DNA from: Thermoproteota archaeon
GTDB taxonomy: Archaea; Korarchaeota; Korarchaeia; Korarchaeales; Korarchaeaceae
Assembly (NCBI GenBank): GCA_027491395.1
Contig: JAOZFI010000036.1
Span: 32,001 to 96,000, forward strand
Length of the DNA stretch: 64,000 bases
Reading direction: 5' to 3'
Made by a program: the position numbers and the translations under genes. This document shows positions 63,511 through 64,000 of this stretch, one piece after another. Each line of letters begins with the position of its first letter. The first letter of the stretch is position 1. The notes below the pieces were generated by a model. That model ran no database searches and was not told the DNA's origin. It worked only from the letters and a program-made list of their open reading frames with translations.

Positions 63511-64000
63511 GTGGACTTCAAGCTGATCATCGTAACCGGCGGAGTCATAAGCGGACTGGGAAAGGGTGTAATAGCTGCTTCCGTCGGAAAACTCCTCCAA
63601 TCTAGGGGGTTCTCTATCTCCATGATAAAAATAGATCCCTACCTGAACCCGGATCCTGGCACCCTCAATCCTATAGAACACGGGGAGGTCTTCATAACGG
63701 AGGAAGTATGGCACTTCAAACCGGGTCGTGGCGTCGAATTCAAGATAGCCGAGATCGATGAGGACTTCGGTCACTACGAGAGGTTCCTCGACGTGAATAT
63801 GCATCCCTCCAACAACATAACGAGCGGTCAGATAATGCTCAGCGTTATCTTAGGGGAGAGAAAAGGGAGATACTTGGGCCAGACGATAAGGCTGATACCT
63901 CACGTGACCCAAGCTATAAAGGAGAGGATACATGAGGTAGCGAGGAGAGAAGAGCCCGACATACTGATAGTGGAGCTAGGAGGGACTGTAGGAGATTATG
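63511..64000 (+). CDS. pyrG: CTP synthase, 5' part (runs off the window; absent from the ORF track)
   Basis: GTG start; VTGGVISGLGKG, KIDPYLN.DPGTLNP.EHGEVF, GHYERF, IPHVT, ELGGTVGD. Confidence 0.95.
   Translation, partial: MDFKLIIVTGGVISGLGKGVIAASVGKLLQSRGFSISMIKIDPYLNPDPGTLNPIEHGEVFITEEVWHFKPGRGVEFKIAEIDEDFGHYERFLDVNMHPSNNITSGQIMLSVILGERKGRYLGQTIRLIPHVTQAIKERIHEVARREEPDILIVELGGTVGDY

Noticed and set aside
82-63804. Numerous 60-165 aa ORFs antisense to or nested in the called genes (e.g. 3856-4353, 22513-22986, 23538-24017, 63475-63804)
   Set aside because: They are shadow frames of well-supported genes, Ser/Pro/Leu-rich and without motifs; 63475-63804 is antisense to pyrG
1-64000. Mobile elements, CRISPR arrays, tRNA genes, inteins
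   Set aside because: No transposase or integrase, repeat-spacer array or cloverleaf was seen by eye; RadA, both PolBs and IleRS are of normal length

Overview
Compact, gene-dense archaeal chromosomal window, mostly housekeeping genes. It is TACK-like and probably Korarchaeia. This is inferred from rps26e, PolB1, GatDE, a stand-alone 5S rRNA, TATA-box promoters and frequent gene overlaps. It holds about 65 CDS: IleRS, AspRS, ProRS, GatDE, RadA, DnaG, pelota, two family-B DNA polymerases, a 5-gene ribosomal operon fragment, an HMG-CoA synthase/thiolase/DUF35 cluster, and sdhACDB divergent from a Rieske/cytochrome b pair. No mobile element, CRISPR array or tRNA was seen. Features missing from the ORF track are a 5S rRNA, a double-guide box C/D sRNA, an H/ACA-like RNA in front of dnaG, a 57-aa membrane ORF coupled to the Rieske gene, the 5' part of pyrG, and an apparent AUA start for Rpp29. 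The strongest leads are several apparent pseudo-enzymes and one respiratory module. (1) An intact TtuA/NcsA sits next to a ubiquitin-like protein with no C-terminal Gly-Gly, and a degenerate TtuA paralog reminiscent of eukaryotic Ctu2/Ncs2 lies elsewhere in the window. (2) One PolB has an intact polymerase site but a dead proofreading domain. (3) The thiolase in the mevalonate cluster lacks its catalytic Cys/His. (4) A low-potential Rieske/cytb module has no adjacent cytochrome c and faces a probably diheme succinate:quinone oxidoreductase. All calls come from motif recognition by eye; no database searches were run.
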